From assembly GCA_020137815.1 (NCBI GenBank), contig CM035350.1, forward strand, positions 7,502,001 to 7,566,000: a stretch of DNA of 64,000 nt, in the 5' to 3' direction. The notes beneath the pieces are model-generated. The model was not told the DNA's origin. It saw only the letters and a program-made list of their open reading frames with translations, and did not search any database. Of the stretch, positions 47,403-60,184 are shown one piece after another (position 1 is the first letter of the stretch; each line of letters begins with the position of its first letter). The position numbers were made by a program, and so were the translations under genes. The DNA comes from Hormiphora californensis (Eukaryota; Animalia; Ctenophora).

Positions 47403-49682
47403 ATGGGTTGTGGATCGTCTCAAGTCGCTGCTGTAAGTTAACCTTACGATAAATAAGTCCATTGTTTGCTTTTTACTCAAATTACTAAAATTCCAACAAA
47501 GCAAAAGGCGATCTAACTTTAATCTCAATCTCAGGGTGCCAATGGTGGAATCTCTGACTTCCCCACAATCAAGTCTACCCACTCCCTGGTTGCTAAGCAC
47601 GTCAACAAGGAGAAATGGGACAAGCTCCACGAGCACTCTACTGCCACCTCTGGATTCACTTTGGCCAAGGCCATTGCCTGTGCTGTTGAGTTTGACAACC
47701 AGCACTGTGGAATCTACGCTGGTGACTGGGACTCCTACAAGGACTTCGCTGATGTCTTTGATCCCATCATCCAGGAGTACCATGGAATCAGTGCAGATGC
47801 CAAGCACACCTCCGACATGGACTTCAGCAAGATCACCGGAAACGTGAACCCTGATGCCCCTGTCCACTCCACCAGGATTAGGGTCGGCCGATCTATCGAT
47901 GGATTCGGTCTGTCCCCCGGAATCACCCAGGAACAGAGGCTTGGTGTTGAGAAACTGTTCTCCTCTGCCTGCAAGAAGTTCCCTGAGGAGCTCGCTGGAG
48001 AATACTACCCTCTGACTGGTATGGATGAGAAGGTCCGACAGCAGCTTGTTGACGATCATTTCCTCTTCGTATCTGGAGACAGAAATCTGACTGTCGCTGG
48101 AATGGAGCGAGACTGGCCCGAGGGTCGAGGTATCTTCCACAACAAAGAAAAGACCTTCCTTGTGTGGGTGAACGAGGAGGATCAGCTCAGGATCATCTCC
48201 ATGCAGAAGGGTGGTGATGTGCTTGGAGTCTTCAAGAGGCTTGCCCAGGGAATCAAGGCTGTCGGAGACTCCGTCAAGGAGGAATCTGGAAAGGACTTCT
48301 GTCTTGATGAGAAATACGGATACATCCACTCTTGCCCCACCAACCTGGGAACCGGAATGAGGGCTTCTGTCCACATCGACCTTCCCGGATGGACCTCTCA
48401 CGGTGTTGACAAGCTAAAGGCAAGGTGTGAGGAGCTGTCTCTGCAGCCCCGAGGAACCAGAGGAGAGTCTGGTGGCCAGACTGGCTTTACCTACGATATA
48501 TCCAACAAACATCGACTGGGATACTCTGAGGTGCAGCTGGTGCAGACCATGATTGATGGAGTAAACAAGCTCTACGAGGAGGATCTTGCATTCCAGAAGA
48601 AGTACTTTGAGTTCCCGGAAATCAAATCTACCCATTCCCTGGTTGCTAAGCACGTCACTAAGGAGCGATATGAGAAACTTGCCCGACACACTACTGCTAC
48701 CTCTGGATTCACCCTATACAAGGCCATTGCCTGTGCTGTTGAGTTTGACAACCAGCACTGCGGAATCTACGCTGGTGACTGGGACTCCTACAAGGATTTC
48801 GCTGATGTCTTTGATCCCATCATCCAGGAGTACCATGGAATCAGTGCAGATGCCAAGCACACCTCCGACATGGACTTCAGCAAGATCACCGGAAACGTGA
48901 ACCCTGATGCCCCTGTCCACTCCACCAGGATTAGGGTCGGCCGATCTATCGATGGATTCGGTCTGTCCCCCGGAATTACCAAGGAACAGAGGGTCGGAGT
49001 TGAGAAACTGTTCTCCTCTGCCTGCAAGAAGTTCCCTGAGGATCTCGCCGGAGAGTACTACCCTCTGACTGGTATGGATGAGAAGATCCGACAACAGCTT
49101 GTTGATGATCATTTCCTCTTCGTGTCTGGAGACAGAAATCTAACTGTCGCTGGAATGGAGCGAGACTGGCCCGAGGGTCGAGGTATCTTCCACAACAAAG
49201 AGAAGACCTTCCTTGTGTGGGTGAACGAGGAGGATCAGCTCAGGATCATCTCCATGGAAAAGGGTGGCGATGTTCTCGGAGTCTTCAAGAGGCTCGCTAG
49301 GGGAATCGGAGCTGTCGGAGACTCCGTCAAGGCTGAGTGCGGAAAGGACTTCTGTCTTGATGAGAAATACGGATACGTCCACTCATGCCCCACCAACCTG
49401 GGAACCGGAATGAGGGCCTCCGTCCACATCGACCTCCCCGGATGGACCGCTGAGGGAGTTGACAAGCTGAAGGCCAGGTGCGAGGAGCTGGCTCTTCAGC
49501 CCCGAGGAACCCGAGGAGAGTCTGGTGGCCAGACTGGACACACCTATGACATCTCCAACAAACATCGACTGGGATACTCTGAGGTGCAGCTGGTGCAGAC
49601 CATGATTGATGGAGTGAACAAGCTCTACGAGGAGGATCTTGCCCTCCAGAAGAAGCAGGCCGAGACCCCTGCCGCTGAATAA
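47403..49682 (+). CDS. Two-domain (contiguous dimer) arginine-kinase-type phosphagen kinase with N-terminal MGCGSS acylation leader, ~725 aa
   Basis: Exon 1 47403-47432 (MGCGSSQVAA|gtaagt), intron 47433-47534 (...aatctcag), exon 2 47535-49682 in frame with the 673-aa ORF. Two complete kinase domains joined at FQKKYFEFPEIKSTH. Confidence 0.92.
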
Positions 49683-49919
49683 ATGACAGTTGTTAGAGTA
49701 CGGTGGACGTGCATGTTTGCCTCACTTTTATCGGGTCAAGTTAGTTGGAAGGAACGGAACGTTAATTATATTGTCGTCAGTGTGTGAGTGGATAGTTTGC
49801 CTACTATGGCACCCCGTGTTTTGTACATATTAATAAGGATTGATTCGTAAACAATTCACCCGAATATATTTGATATAGCTTCTAACTAACTTTTGTTAAC
49901 CTAAGACTATCAATTTGTA

Positions 49920-52900
49920 CCTTGAACACAGGTTGGGGCGGTACTCAAGACAGCTTTTCCATTAGAAAGTGAACAACTCATAGTTTCTGAACCACTGATC
50001 GTGTAGTATTTATCACAGTTGGCCTTGTAACTCTCACCGACAGCAATTGTAGCCGTAGTAGGGGTCACCTTGGCCTTATCAATAGTAGGCTTACTGCACG
50101 TTTCACTGGTATCAGCTGAAAATATTGGGGCAAATGTTACTCCGAAAATGGCTAAGTACTATAATACCACTATTATTAGTATTGGCACAGTCCACGTCTG
50201 AGTGAGATAATCTCACTCAGACATCACAGAATTTCTCCCAAGTGTACAATCTTTTTACAAAAATTAGAGTTGCTACATAAACTAGAGCATCTCTAGTTTA
50301 TGTAGCAACTCTATTTCTGTAAAAAAGATTGTACACTTAGGAGAAATTCTGTGATGTCTGAGTGAGATTATCTCACTCAGACGTGGACTGTGCCTATTAT
50401 GACAACACAGACATCACAAAATAATTAGGATGCGGCCAGTAAAGTTAGAAAATAAGGTTTGCACTAGTGTCACATACTAGCGTTTTAGAGAAGTTTTGTT
50501 TCGGTGCACTATTTATTTAGAGTGTAGTACTGTTCTACCAAACAGGCAGAGTTTCGGTACACAATACCCGGCCCTAGGGTCTTAGTCAGCACACAAGTTA
50601 TAATTTACAAATTAAACAAATTAACAACACTGGTCAGATGGCGAACCATTGAGTCCCAGACCCCATTGAGTCCCAGACCCCGATTTGATTTTCAAATGGG
50701 AATGTGCGCTCAGATGGGGTCCACGGCGCCAGACAGATTCCCTATAGATGAGTCTTCTGATTCGAAACTATCGCACCTTCGACCCTATCGATCTGATTGC
50801 ATTGTCACTTGTCAGCAATTCAAAACGGCCTTTGGCACCATCGGACATGAGCTGGCGCCTAGCGAATCAAAATAGTTTTACCTTGGTCTTTGCAAGTCGG
50901 CGAAGTAGAAAGACTTCCGTCCGTGCAAGTGTACATACCTTCGCATGTCGGCAGGGTGGACAACACCCCATTTGTACAAGTTACGTCTTTGTTTCCGCTC
51001 AAAGTAAATCCAGTGCTGCAAGTGACAGTGTACTTGCTACCGGAGGCGATTGTTGCTGTGGTAGGGGCGACTGTACCGTCCGAAATTGTCGGCTTGTTGC
51101 AGGAATTGGCTGAAAACACGTTTTATCAAACAATTAGGCGGCATTGAAGTTGTGTCTTGTAGGCAGTATCATATCCTGGAGCAGCTTTTTAGCACTGAAC
51201 AATAACGAAGCACGAACAGACGTTCACGATTCAAGCAAACATCACAGCAAATACAAAGCAAACTAATAGTTTGTATAATTTTGCATCACAAAGCGGGGTG
51301 TTAATAAAAGTAATATCATTGATAAACATGACAAGCACAACATAAGAATATGATTTCTATATGAAAAGGATTGGAAAACATTCCATTATATTTATGCCTT
51401 TTACGTGAGCAGTGAGTGCTGGTTCGTACTTGATTTTTGCCGTACCTTCGCATGTCGGCAGGGTGGACAAGACTCCATTTGTACAAGTTACGTCTTTGCT
51501 CCCGCTCAAAGTAAATCCGGTGCTACAAGTGACAGTGTACTTGCTACCGGAGGCGATTGTTGCTGTGGTAGGGGCGACTGTACCGTCCGAAATTGTCGGC
51601 TTGTTGCAGGAGTTGGCTGAAAACACGTTTTATCAAACAATTAGGCGGCATTGAAGTTGTGTCTTGTAGGCAGCATCCTGGAGCAGCTTTTTAGCACTGA
51701 ACAATAACGAAGCACGAACAGACGTTCACGGTTCAAGCAAACATCACAGCAAATACAAAGCAAACTAATAGTTTGTATAATTTTGCATCACAAAGCGGGG
51801 TGTTAATAAAAGTAATATCATTGATAAACATGACAAGCACAACATAAGAATATGATTTCTATATGAAAAGGATTGGAAAACATTCCATTATGTTTATGCC
51901 TTTTACGTGAGCACTGAGTGCTGGTTCGTACTTGATTTTTGCCGTACCTTCGCATGTCGGCAGGGTGGACAAGACTCCATTTGTACAAGTTACGTCTTTG
52001 CTCCCGCTCAAAGTAAATCCGGTGCTGCAAGTGACAGTGTACTTGCTTCCGGAGGTGATTGTTGCTGTGGTAGGGGCGACTGTACCATCCGAAATTGTCG
52101 GCTTGTTGCATGGACTGGGATTGTTTGAGCAAGTCGGCAAAGTGGACAAGACTCCATTTGTACAAGTGACTTCTTTATTCCCGCTCAAAGTAAATCCGGT
52201 GCTGCAAGTGACAGTGTACTTGCTTCCGGAGGCGATTGTTGCTGACGTAGGGGTCACTGTACCATCCGAAATTGTCGGTTTGTTGCAGGAGTTGGCTAAA
52301 ACAAAAATTTATCAAACAATTAGGCAGCATTGAAGTTGTGTCATGTAGGCAGCAGTGAGTACTGATTTGCACTTGATTTTTGCCGTACCTTCGCATGTCG
52401 GCAGGGTGGACAAGACTCCATTTGTACAAGTGACGTCTTTGCTCCCACTCAAAGTAAATCCGGTGCTGCAAGTGACAGTGTACTTGCTACCGGAGGCGAT
52501 TTCTGCTGTGGTAGGGGCGACTGTACCGTCCGAAATTGTCGGCTTGTTGCAGGAGTTGGCTGAAAACACGTTTTATCAAACAATTAGGCGGCATTGACGT
52601 TGTGTCTTGTAGGCAGCATCCTGGAGCAGCTTTTTAGCACTGACCAATAACGAAGCACGAAAATACGTTCAAGGTTCAAGCAAACATCACAGCAAATACA
52701 AAGCTAACTAATAGTTCGTAGAATTTTGCATCACAAAGCGGGGTGTTAATAAAAGTAATATCATTGATAAACATGGCAAGCACAACATAAGAATATGATT
52801 TCTATATGAAAAGGATTGGAAAACATTCCATTATGTTTATGCCTTTTACGTGAGCACTGAGTGCTGGTTCGTACTTGATTTTTGCCGTACCTTCGCATGT

Positions 52901-55900
52901 CGGCAGGGTGGACAAGACTCCATTTGTACAAGTTACGTCTTTGCTCCCGCTCAAAGTAAATCCGGTGCTGCAAGTGACAGTGTACTTGCTTCCGGAGGTG
53001 ATTGTTGCTGTGGTAGGGGCAACTGTACCGTCCGAAATTGTCGGCTTGTTGCATGGACTGGGATTGTTTGAGCAAGTCGGCAAAGTGGACAACACCCCAT
53101 TTGTACAAGTGACGTCTTTGTTCCCGCTTAAAGTAAATCCACTACTGCAAGTGACAGTGTACTTGCTTCCGGAGGCGATTGTTGCTGTGGTAGGGGCAAC
53201 TGTACCGTCCGAAATTGTCGGCTTGTTGCAGGAGTTCGCTGAAAAAGTTATTCACTCGTTATCCGAAGGGCAAAGAGTAGACCTTTCTCATAACTTAGCA
53301 CAGCTCTAATTCGTTAAAATGTAACAGTTTGATAGAGACAAACTTTTTATGTATACCTTCGCATGTCGGCAGGGTGGACAACACCCCATTTGTACAAGTG
53401 ACGTCTTTGTTGCCGCTCAACGTAAATCCGGTGCTGCAAGTGACAGTGTACTTGCTACCGGAGGCGATTGTTGCTGTGGTAGGGGCGACTGTACCGTCCG
53501 AAATTGTCGGCTTGTTGCAGGAGTTGGCTGAAAACACGTTTTATCAAACAATTAGGCGGCATTGAAGTTGTGTCTTGTAGGCAGCATCCTGGAGCAGCTT
53601 TTTAGCACTGACCAATAACGAAGCACGAAAAGACGTTCAAGGTTCAAGCAAACATCACAGCAAATACAAAGCTAACTAATATTAATAGTTTGTATAATTT
53701 TGCATCACAAAGCGGGGTGTTAATAAAAGTAATATCATTGATAAACATGACAAGCACAACATAAGAATATGATTTCTATATGAAAAGGATTGGAAAACAT
53801 TCCATTATGTTTATGCCTTTTACGTGAGCAGTGAGTGCTGGTTCGTACTTGATTTTTGCCGTACCTTCGCATGTCGGCAGGGTGGACAAGACTCCATTTG
53901 TACAAGTTACGTCTTTGCTCCCGCTCAAAGTAAATCCGGTGCTGCAAGTGACAGTGTACTTGCTTCCGGAGGTGATTGTTGCTGTGGTAGGGGCGACAGT
54001 ACCATCCGAAATTGTCGGCTTGTTGCATGGACTGGGATTGTTTGAGCAAGTCGGCAAAGTGGACAACACCCCATTTGTACAAGTGACGTCTTTGTTCCCG
54101 CTTAAAGTAAATCCACTACTGCAAGTGACAGTGTACTTGCTTCCGGAGGCGATTGTTGCTGTGGTAGGGGCAACTGTACCGTCCGAAATTGTCGGCTTGT
54201 TGCAGGAGTTCGCTGAAAAAGTTATTCACTCGTTATCCGAAAGGCAAAGAGTAGACCTTTCTCATAACTTAGCACAGCTCTAATTCGTTAAAATGTAACA
54301 GTTTGATAGAGACAAACTTTTTATGTATACCTTCGCATGTCGGCAGGGTGGACAACACCCCATTTGTACAAGTTACGTCTTTGTTCCCGCTCAAAGTAAA
54401 TCCGGTGCTGCAAGTGACAGTGTACTTGCTTCCGGAGGCGATTGTTGCTGAGGTAGGGGCGACTGTACCGTCCGAAATTGTCGGCTTGTTGCATGGACTT
54501 GGATTGCTTGAGCAAGTCGGCAGGGTGGACAACACCCCATTTGTACAAGTGACGTCTTTGTTCCCGCTTAAAGTAAATCCACTACTGCAAGTGACAGTGT
54601 ACTTGCTTCCGGAGGCGATTGTTGCTGTGGTAGGGGCGACTGTACCGTCCGAAATTGTCGGCTTGTTGCAGGAGTTCGCTGAAAAAGTTATTCACTCGTT
54701 ATCCGAAGGGCAAAGAGTAGACCTTTCTCCTAACTTAGCACAGCTGTAATTCGTTAAAATGTAACAGTTTGATAGAGACAAACTTTTTATGTATACCTTC
54801 GCATGTCGGCAGGGTGGACAACACCCCATTTGTACAAGTGACGTCTTTGTTCCCGCTCAAAGTAAATCCAGTGCTGCAAGTGACAGTGTACTTGCTTCCA
54901 GAGGTGATTGTTGCTGTGGTAGGGGCGACTGTACCGTCCGAAATTGTCGGCTTGTTGCAGGAGTTTGCTGAAAACACAAATTTATCAAACAATTAGGCAG
55001 CATTGAAGTTGTTTCATGTAGGCAGCATCCTGGAGCAGCTTTTTGTACTGAACAATAACGAAGCACGAAAAGACATGTATATGGCGATATATAATGTACG
55101 ATAGTTTCAAATCCATTCAAGCGAACATTACATGAAATTCAAAGCAAACAAAGGGTTTATGGGATTATACATCACAATCACAGCACAATGCGGGGTGTCA
55201 ATGAAATATAATAGCATTCTTTATCATCATGAGAAGCACAACACAAGGTATAATGATTTTTATTTGAAAAGTATTTGAAAATATTCCATTATGTTTATGA
55301 TTTTTACGAGAGCAGTGAGTGCTGAATGCTGATTCGCACTTGATTTTTGCCGTACCTTCGCATGTCGGTAGGGTGGACAAGACTCCATTTGTACAAGTGA
55401 CGTCTTTGTTGCCGCTCAAAGTAAATCCGGTGCTGCAAGTGACAGTGTACTTGCTTCCGGAGGCGATTGTTGCTGTGGTAGGGGCAACTGTACCATCCGA
55501 AATTGTCGGCTTGTTGCAGGAGTTGGCTAAAAACACAATTTCATCAAAAAAATTAGGTGGCATTGAAGTTGTGTCATGAAGGCAGCATCCTAGCCTGGAG
55601 CAGCTTTTTAGCACTGAGCAATAACGAAGCACGAAATTAAGTTAATTATATGGCGATATAGATTGATTTCAAATCCATTCAAGCGAATATTATATCAAAT
55701 AAAAAGAATTTTACGGCACATAGAGGGATGTCAATACCTAAAATAGTATGTAAATGATCACTATGACAAGCACAGCACTAGTACAACATAACTTTGTATG
55801 AAAAATATTAAAACATTTAATTCCGCCGTGTTTATGCTTTTTACGAGGGCAGTGAGTGCTGATTCGCACTCGATTTGTGCTGTACCTTCGCATGTCGGTA

Positions 55901-58900
55901 GGGTGGACAAGACTCCATTTGTACAAGTGACGTCTTTGCTCCCGCTCAAAGTAAATCCACTACTGCAAGTGACAGTGTACTTGCTACCGGAGGTGATTGT
56001 TGCTGTGGTAGGGGCAACTGTACCATCCGAAATTGTCGGCTTGTTGCACGTTTTTGCCGATCCTGAAGAGGAAATATTTAGTTCCACGCTTATAGCGACT
56101 CCCTTATTATATAAAATGATACCACATGGTTCAGATACCTCCGGTGCAAGTTGGAATTTCTGCACTCCACTTTCCACCGGCACAAGTCAAGGTAGAAGCC
56201 CCGCTCAGGGTATATCCGTCGTCACATTTTGGAGTTGCTGTTGTGCCTTCGGTTATCTTTTCCCTGTCAAAGGTTATATCTCCATCCTCCATGGCAGTAC
56301 TTATATCGAAGCAAGTAACTGAAATACAGGTTGATGGTTACAATTATTAGGGCCCAGTTACAAATTTGAATCCTGATATCAGGATCCTGATGGCTCCTGA
56401 CCACCCCCTATACTAACAATTGATGCGACGCAACTCTCTACTTATCTCACATGGAAAGTTAAGCCGCGGAACCGCTTCACGTGGATTAGCATTGGGAATC
56501 TGCCATCAGATATGATGGCAGATTTCAGGACTGATTGCAGATTCCAGTTTGTAACTGGGGTGTAATACGTAATGAAGTGGTGTAACAAGTTCTTTGTATT
56601 CATACCTGCTCGACTACACATTCCTCTGGCTACGTATGTTTCGGAACTTTTAGTGTACCATTTACCCGTATTCTTGTCGATCATACCCCAATTTTTGGTT
56701 TGACTCCCGTCTGTGAAATTCAAGTAACCGTTGGCGGTGAACCCATCAATCCAACTATATCCATTAGTTGAGTCGTACCTGCGAGGTTTTATTGTCCATG
56801 AATATGTTTTGAGCTGATAATGAAATCTTTGAAGCCGGATCGAAAGTTAGTTTTGCTGCCGCCAACTTACAATAGACCCATCCAGAATAAGTTAAACTTA
56901 TCGTCTCCTTTCACTCCAGGGATTTGATTATTTGCCTTTGTGGCAACCTGAGGAAAATATTTTTAGCACATGCAATTTGTATCTGTATGATCATAATTTG
57001 AGTTTGATTAGAATCCCAGACAAACCCAGGCCAACTATAAGAAAACTCACTATACTATTATGATAAAGTGTTGGAATGACAGCAAGATCCCATCCTGTCT
57101 TTCCAGTTGTATCCATCGCCTTACAAGAAGCTTGACACACCGCACGAGTTCCCGTTTTGATGTCATTGCAAAACTCATATTCCATCTCTGGGAACAAGAA
57201 CAATATGCAATGATAAATCAATAGCAGGCATAACACTTGCCTAGTTTGCACCCGTCCCTTCATCGCTGCTTCATGCTTGTACCAAAGAATTGAAGAAGGT
57301 TCGGGTACAAACTAGAGAAAGTAACACTGGCAATGAAGGTAAGAAATTAATTGCAAGTATTCAATTTTATACCTCGGTTATAGTCTACACGGACTGAGTA
57401 AGCGTTTTTAAAAAAGTTACAACTCGACAGCGCTGATGTGTCACGGTTGTATCTAACATAGCCATCTTCTCCCCAGCCCGAGCCGTAGCTCCCCCTGACG
57501 CGAATGTATGTTTCCGTATATCCAACAACAGCCATAGCGTGAGAAAGTGCCTCAGAAGAACAGGTAGTATCCGTGAACAAGCCTAAGGATAATAATGAAT
57601 GATAATAGAATTTATCTAGAAGTGCTAATTATCACTAATTATATTTTGACATCTCGCAGTTGTCCAAAAAATGTCGAACTTACGGGCAATGCTCCTGCAG
57701 TCTCTTACCTCCAGAGTAGGACATTAGTTTCGTGCTGATAAGGGAAATGAATGCCACGGGAGAACTCTGAAGACCAGTTAGCATGGCATCTTCTGTGTTC
57801 GCTAGCCGCACATAATTCTGGAACCAAATTTTGGGAATGCCATTATCCTTCCGCTCTGCTATGTCTGTATCATACTTGCATACGGTATCTGAAATCATTC
57901 AATGTTGACATGACAGCGTAGGGCAAATCTAATTTGACGCTTTACCGCGTTTCATGTTTCAATGAGCTGTGACTGATAGCAACACCGGTTTGTCTGACAA
58001 TAAGTTACATTGTCATACTCACACATCCCGAAGTAAGGAAATTTAGCGGTTGTCATAGCATATTGGCGGACTCTGGTAACTTTAAATCCATCGTTTGCAG
58101 TACCGCCGCCACACCCATCTCCCTCTAAAGCACAGTCAATGAAGTATTGCTCCGACAAGTTGATTTCTTCACCGGTGTACTTCTTGTATAATGTCTCCAT
58201 AGCTAACGTCTGTGGGAGCAGAGAAGGGTTTAGATCCACCCGCAAATGTAAAGTAGCTGGAGGGTTAGAATATAACAAAAAAATACATGGAATTTGAATT
58301 TTGGACATACTGTAGGAAAACTCCAACAGGAGCCACAACTAAGTTGGTCCTTAACCGCAACCATTCCCAAGTCTTCCCACTCTGTAAATGTTGTAGGAAT
58401 AGACCGCTTGTGACGTCTAGGTGCTAGAGCTATGCCATCAAGACCACTTTCTCCAAGTTCAGGAATGGTCTTGTTACTGAGAAATTTAGCGTGAGCCTTG
58501 GCATACTCCTTGATATTCTGAAATAATTAACGTTGAGGATTTTCTATTCTTTCGGATAATAGGCAAAAGCTAATTGATATAGTGCTGGAGCTGATTAAAG
58601 AAAATCTGTGTACCATGACTGAAAATCGGTTCAGACTTTCCAGAAATACGCCATGTGTTGTAGCTTCTACATCAGCCTTGGCTTGTAGCAACCTCTCCCA
58701 TCTTTCACTGAAACACAGTTGAGATAGTATCGTGTTTTTAAAGAATGCTGTTTAAAAACTCACATTTTGTCTTGTTCGCTGGACGGCGTGATACCCCATC
58801 GATTTAAAGTATTCTGAAATAGCTCTGAGGCGGGGAGTGTGACTGAACTGAGTGCTAAATAAGGGAGCAACGTCAGTAGGAAAAGCCATTCATGGGCCAT
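49920..58900 (-). CDS. N-terminal half: signal peptide, propeptide, papain-family (C1A) cysteine protease, C-type lectin domain, 17 CCP/Sushi domains
   Basis: ATG 58900 MAHEWLFLLTLLPYLALS; propeptide ERWERL...LNRFS; RRHKR; VKDQLSCGSCWSF (~58312-58355); LSEQYFIDC...GCGGG; HAMAVVGY; GWGEDGY; CTL-like exons ~57050-57189, ~56870-56948 (FWMGL), ~56607-56778 (YSWIDG...GKW...GMCS); CCP exons from ~56319 down to 49920. Confidence 0.88.
50184..50394. mobile_element. 211-bp palindromic MITE with apparent 4-bp TSD
   Basis: ggcacagtccacgtctgagtgag...ctcactcagacgtggactgtgcc; TATT on both sides (50180-50183 and 50395-50398). Confidence 0.8.
50939..56063 (-). repeat. Tandem exon+intron array encoding 15 near-identical CCP domains in 11 phase-1 exons
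   Basis: Repeated CNKPTISDGTVAPTTATIASGSKYTVTCSTGFTLSG(N/S)KDVTCTNGVLSTLPTC: seven single and four double (CSNNPSPC-type linker) exons. Introns are duplicated too (~0.5-kb and ~0.95-kb periods). Confidence 0.93.
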
Positions 58901-59020
58901 ATCGCCATAGAGCACCGAACTGCTAAACAAATTGTTTGGGTTTAGGGTAACTGGATAGTGGACACTAGCGCAAAGTATACGTCATGTTTCTGAACAATTG
59001 GTTGAGAAATAAGCTACTAT

Positions 59021-59150
59021 CCCTACTAAAATATAGTTCGACGCGACGCGACGCACGATCGATGAACGATCGATAAACGATCGATATCGATCGTTTATCG
59101 ATCGTTCATCGATCGCGCGTCGCGTCGCGTCGAACTATATTTTAGTAGGG
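59021..59150. mobile_element. 130-bp near-perfect CpG-rich palindromic MITE (CCC...GGG termini, AT flanks)
   Basis: ccctactaaaatatagttcgacgcg...cgcgtcgaactatattttagtaggg, centred on cgatatcg, one mismatch seen. Confidence 0.82.
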
Positions 59151-59650
59151 ATGCTACACAAGAATATGTAGTAAAAGAAGAAAAACAATTATCTGGAATT
59201 AGTAAACTTAGATCGCGGATAGCTAATCGAGAATTTATCCGCGAATCCGCATTTATTAATTTCATCTAGAAAGATTTCTATACAACTTTATAATCGAAGT
59301 AGTCCAGTCGACTATAGTGCAGTTTTAATGAGGATTCAGTCTATTTTGTGATATTTTCACCAGGATAACAATGGATACAACTAGCTTACAAATATAGTGC
59401 TATAAATAAACTAAATTGGATAAATTTGTTGAGTTAGCAAATAACAAGCAAGGATTATTATATTACTAGTGTTGCTGGCGATGCGAGCAAAATTTGTGTT
59501 CATACATGTTTATGCTCGACTCATGAGAATTAGTCGCTAAAATCAGGTCAATTAAACAAGGCAACATGGTGTCAATCTTGTTTTCGCTCCTTAGAATTAC
59601 TGTGCTTGTAGTGGGAAAACAGTAATGAAAGCCCGTTTTTGCCTAAAATA

Positions 59651-59769
59651 CGGTAAGAAGATGCACAAGCGTGGCCAATCAACACGCTATGACGTACTGA
59701 AAAATGCACTTTTTGACATTATAAGCAGTATACACTCGCCCTTTACGTAAAGTCTACGTCTTCTTACCG
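59651..59769. mobile_element. 119-bp TA-flanked MITE (Tc1/mariner-like)
   Basis: TA|cggtaagaaga...tcttcttaccg|TA. The segment containing it is absent from the paralogous sequence at ~62190-62390. Confidence 0.75.
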
Positions 59770-60184
59770 TATGTGACGAGGCTGAAGTTAGTTCTGAACA
59801 AATCGAGTTTGATGGATCCCGGGGGTATATAGAGGGAGAGATCTATACTTCACGTCATTTGTCGTGATCGGTGATTGTACCTAATACTTGCCTGGCGACC
59901 TCCGTCCTCCCCACACGAGACCAATCCTTTCTATCTATATCTCTATCTTTCTATCTGACTGATGATACATGTATCGCCATATCGTATAGGGGGGCTGGGG
60001 GAGGAGCTATAGCGTCGATACTAGGAAAGGAGCAGCGACAGACACAACGCATTTGTACACTTGAACAGAACATGTAGGGGAGATGTGATGCCTGATGGTA
60101 CCTACACAACCGATTGGCGGTAAAATATGTTAACCGGATATAATGTGAGAATACGTACGTACGTGCAACAGCACGTTTTTGACC

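Noticed and set aside
50748-56322. Plus-strand repeated ORFs (VGRVDKTPFVQVTSL...)
   Set aside because: Antisense of the CCP exons; splice signals and the Cys pattern support the minus strand.
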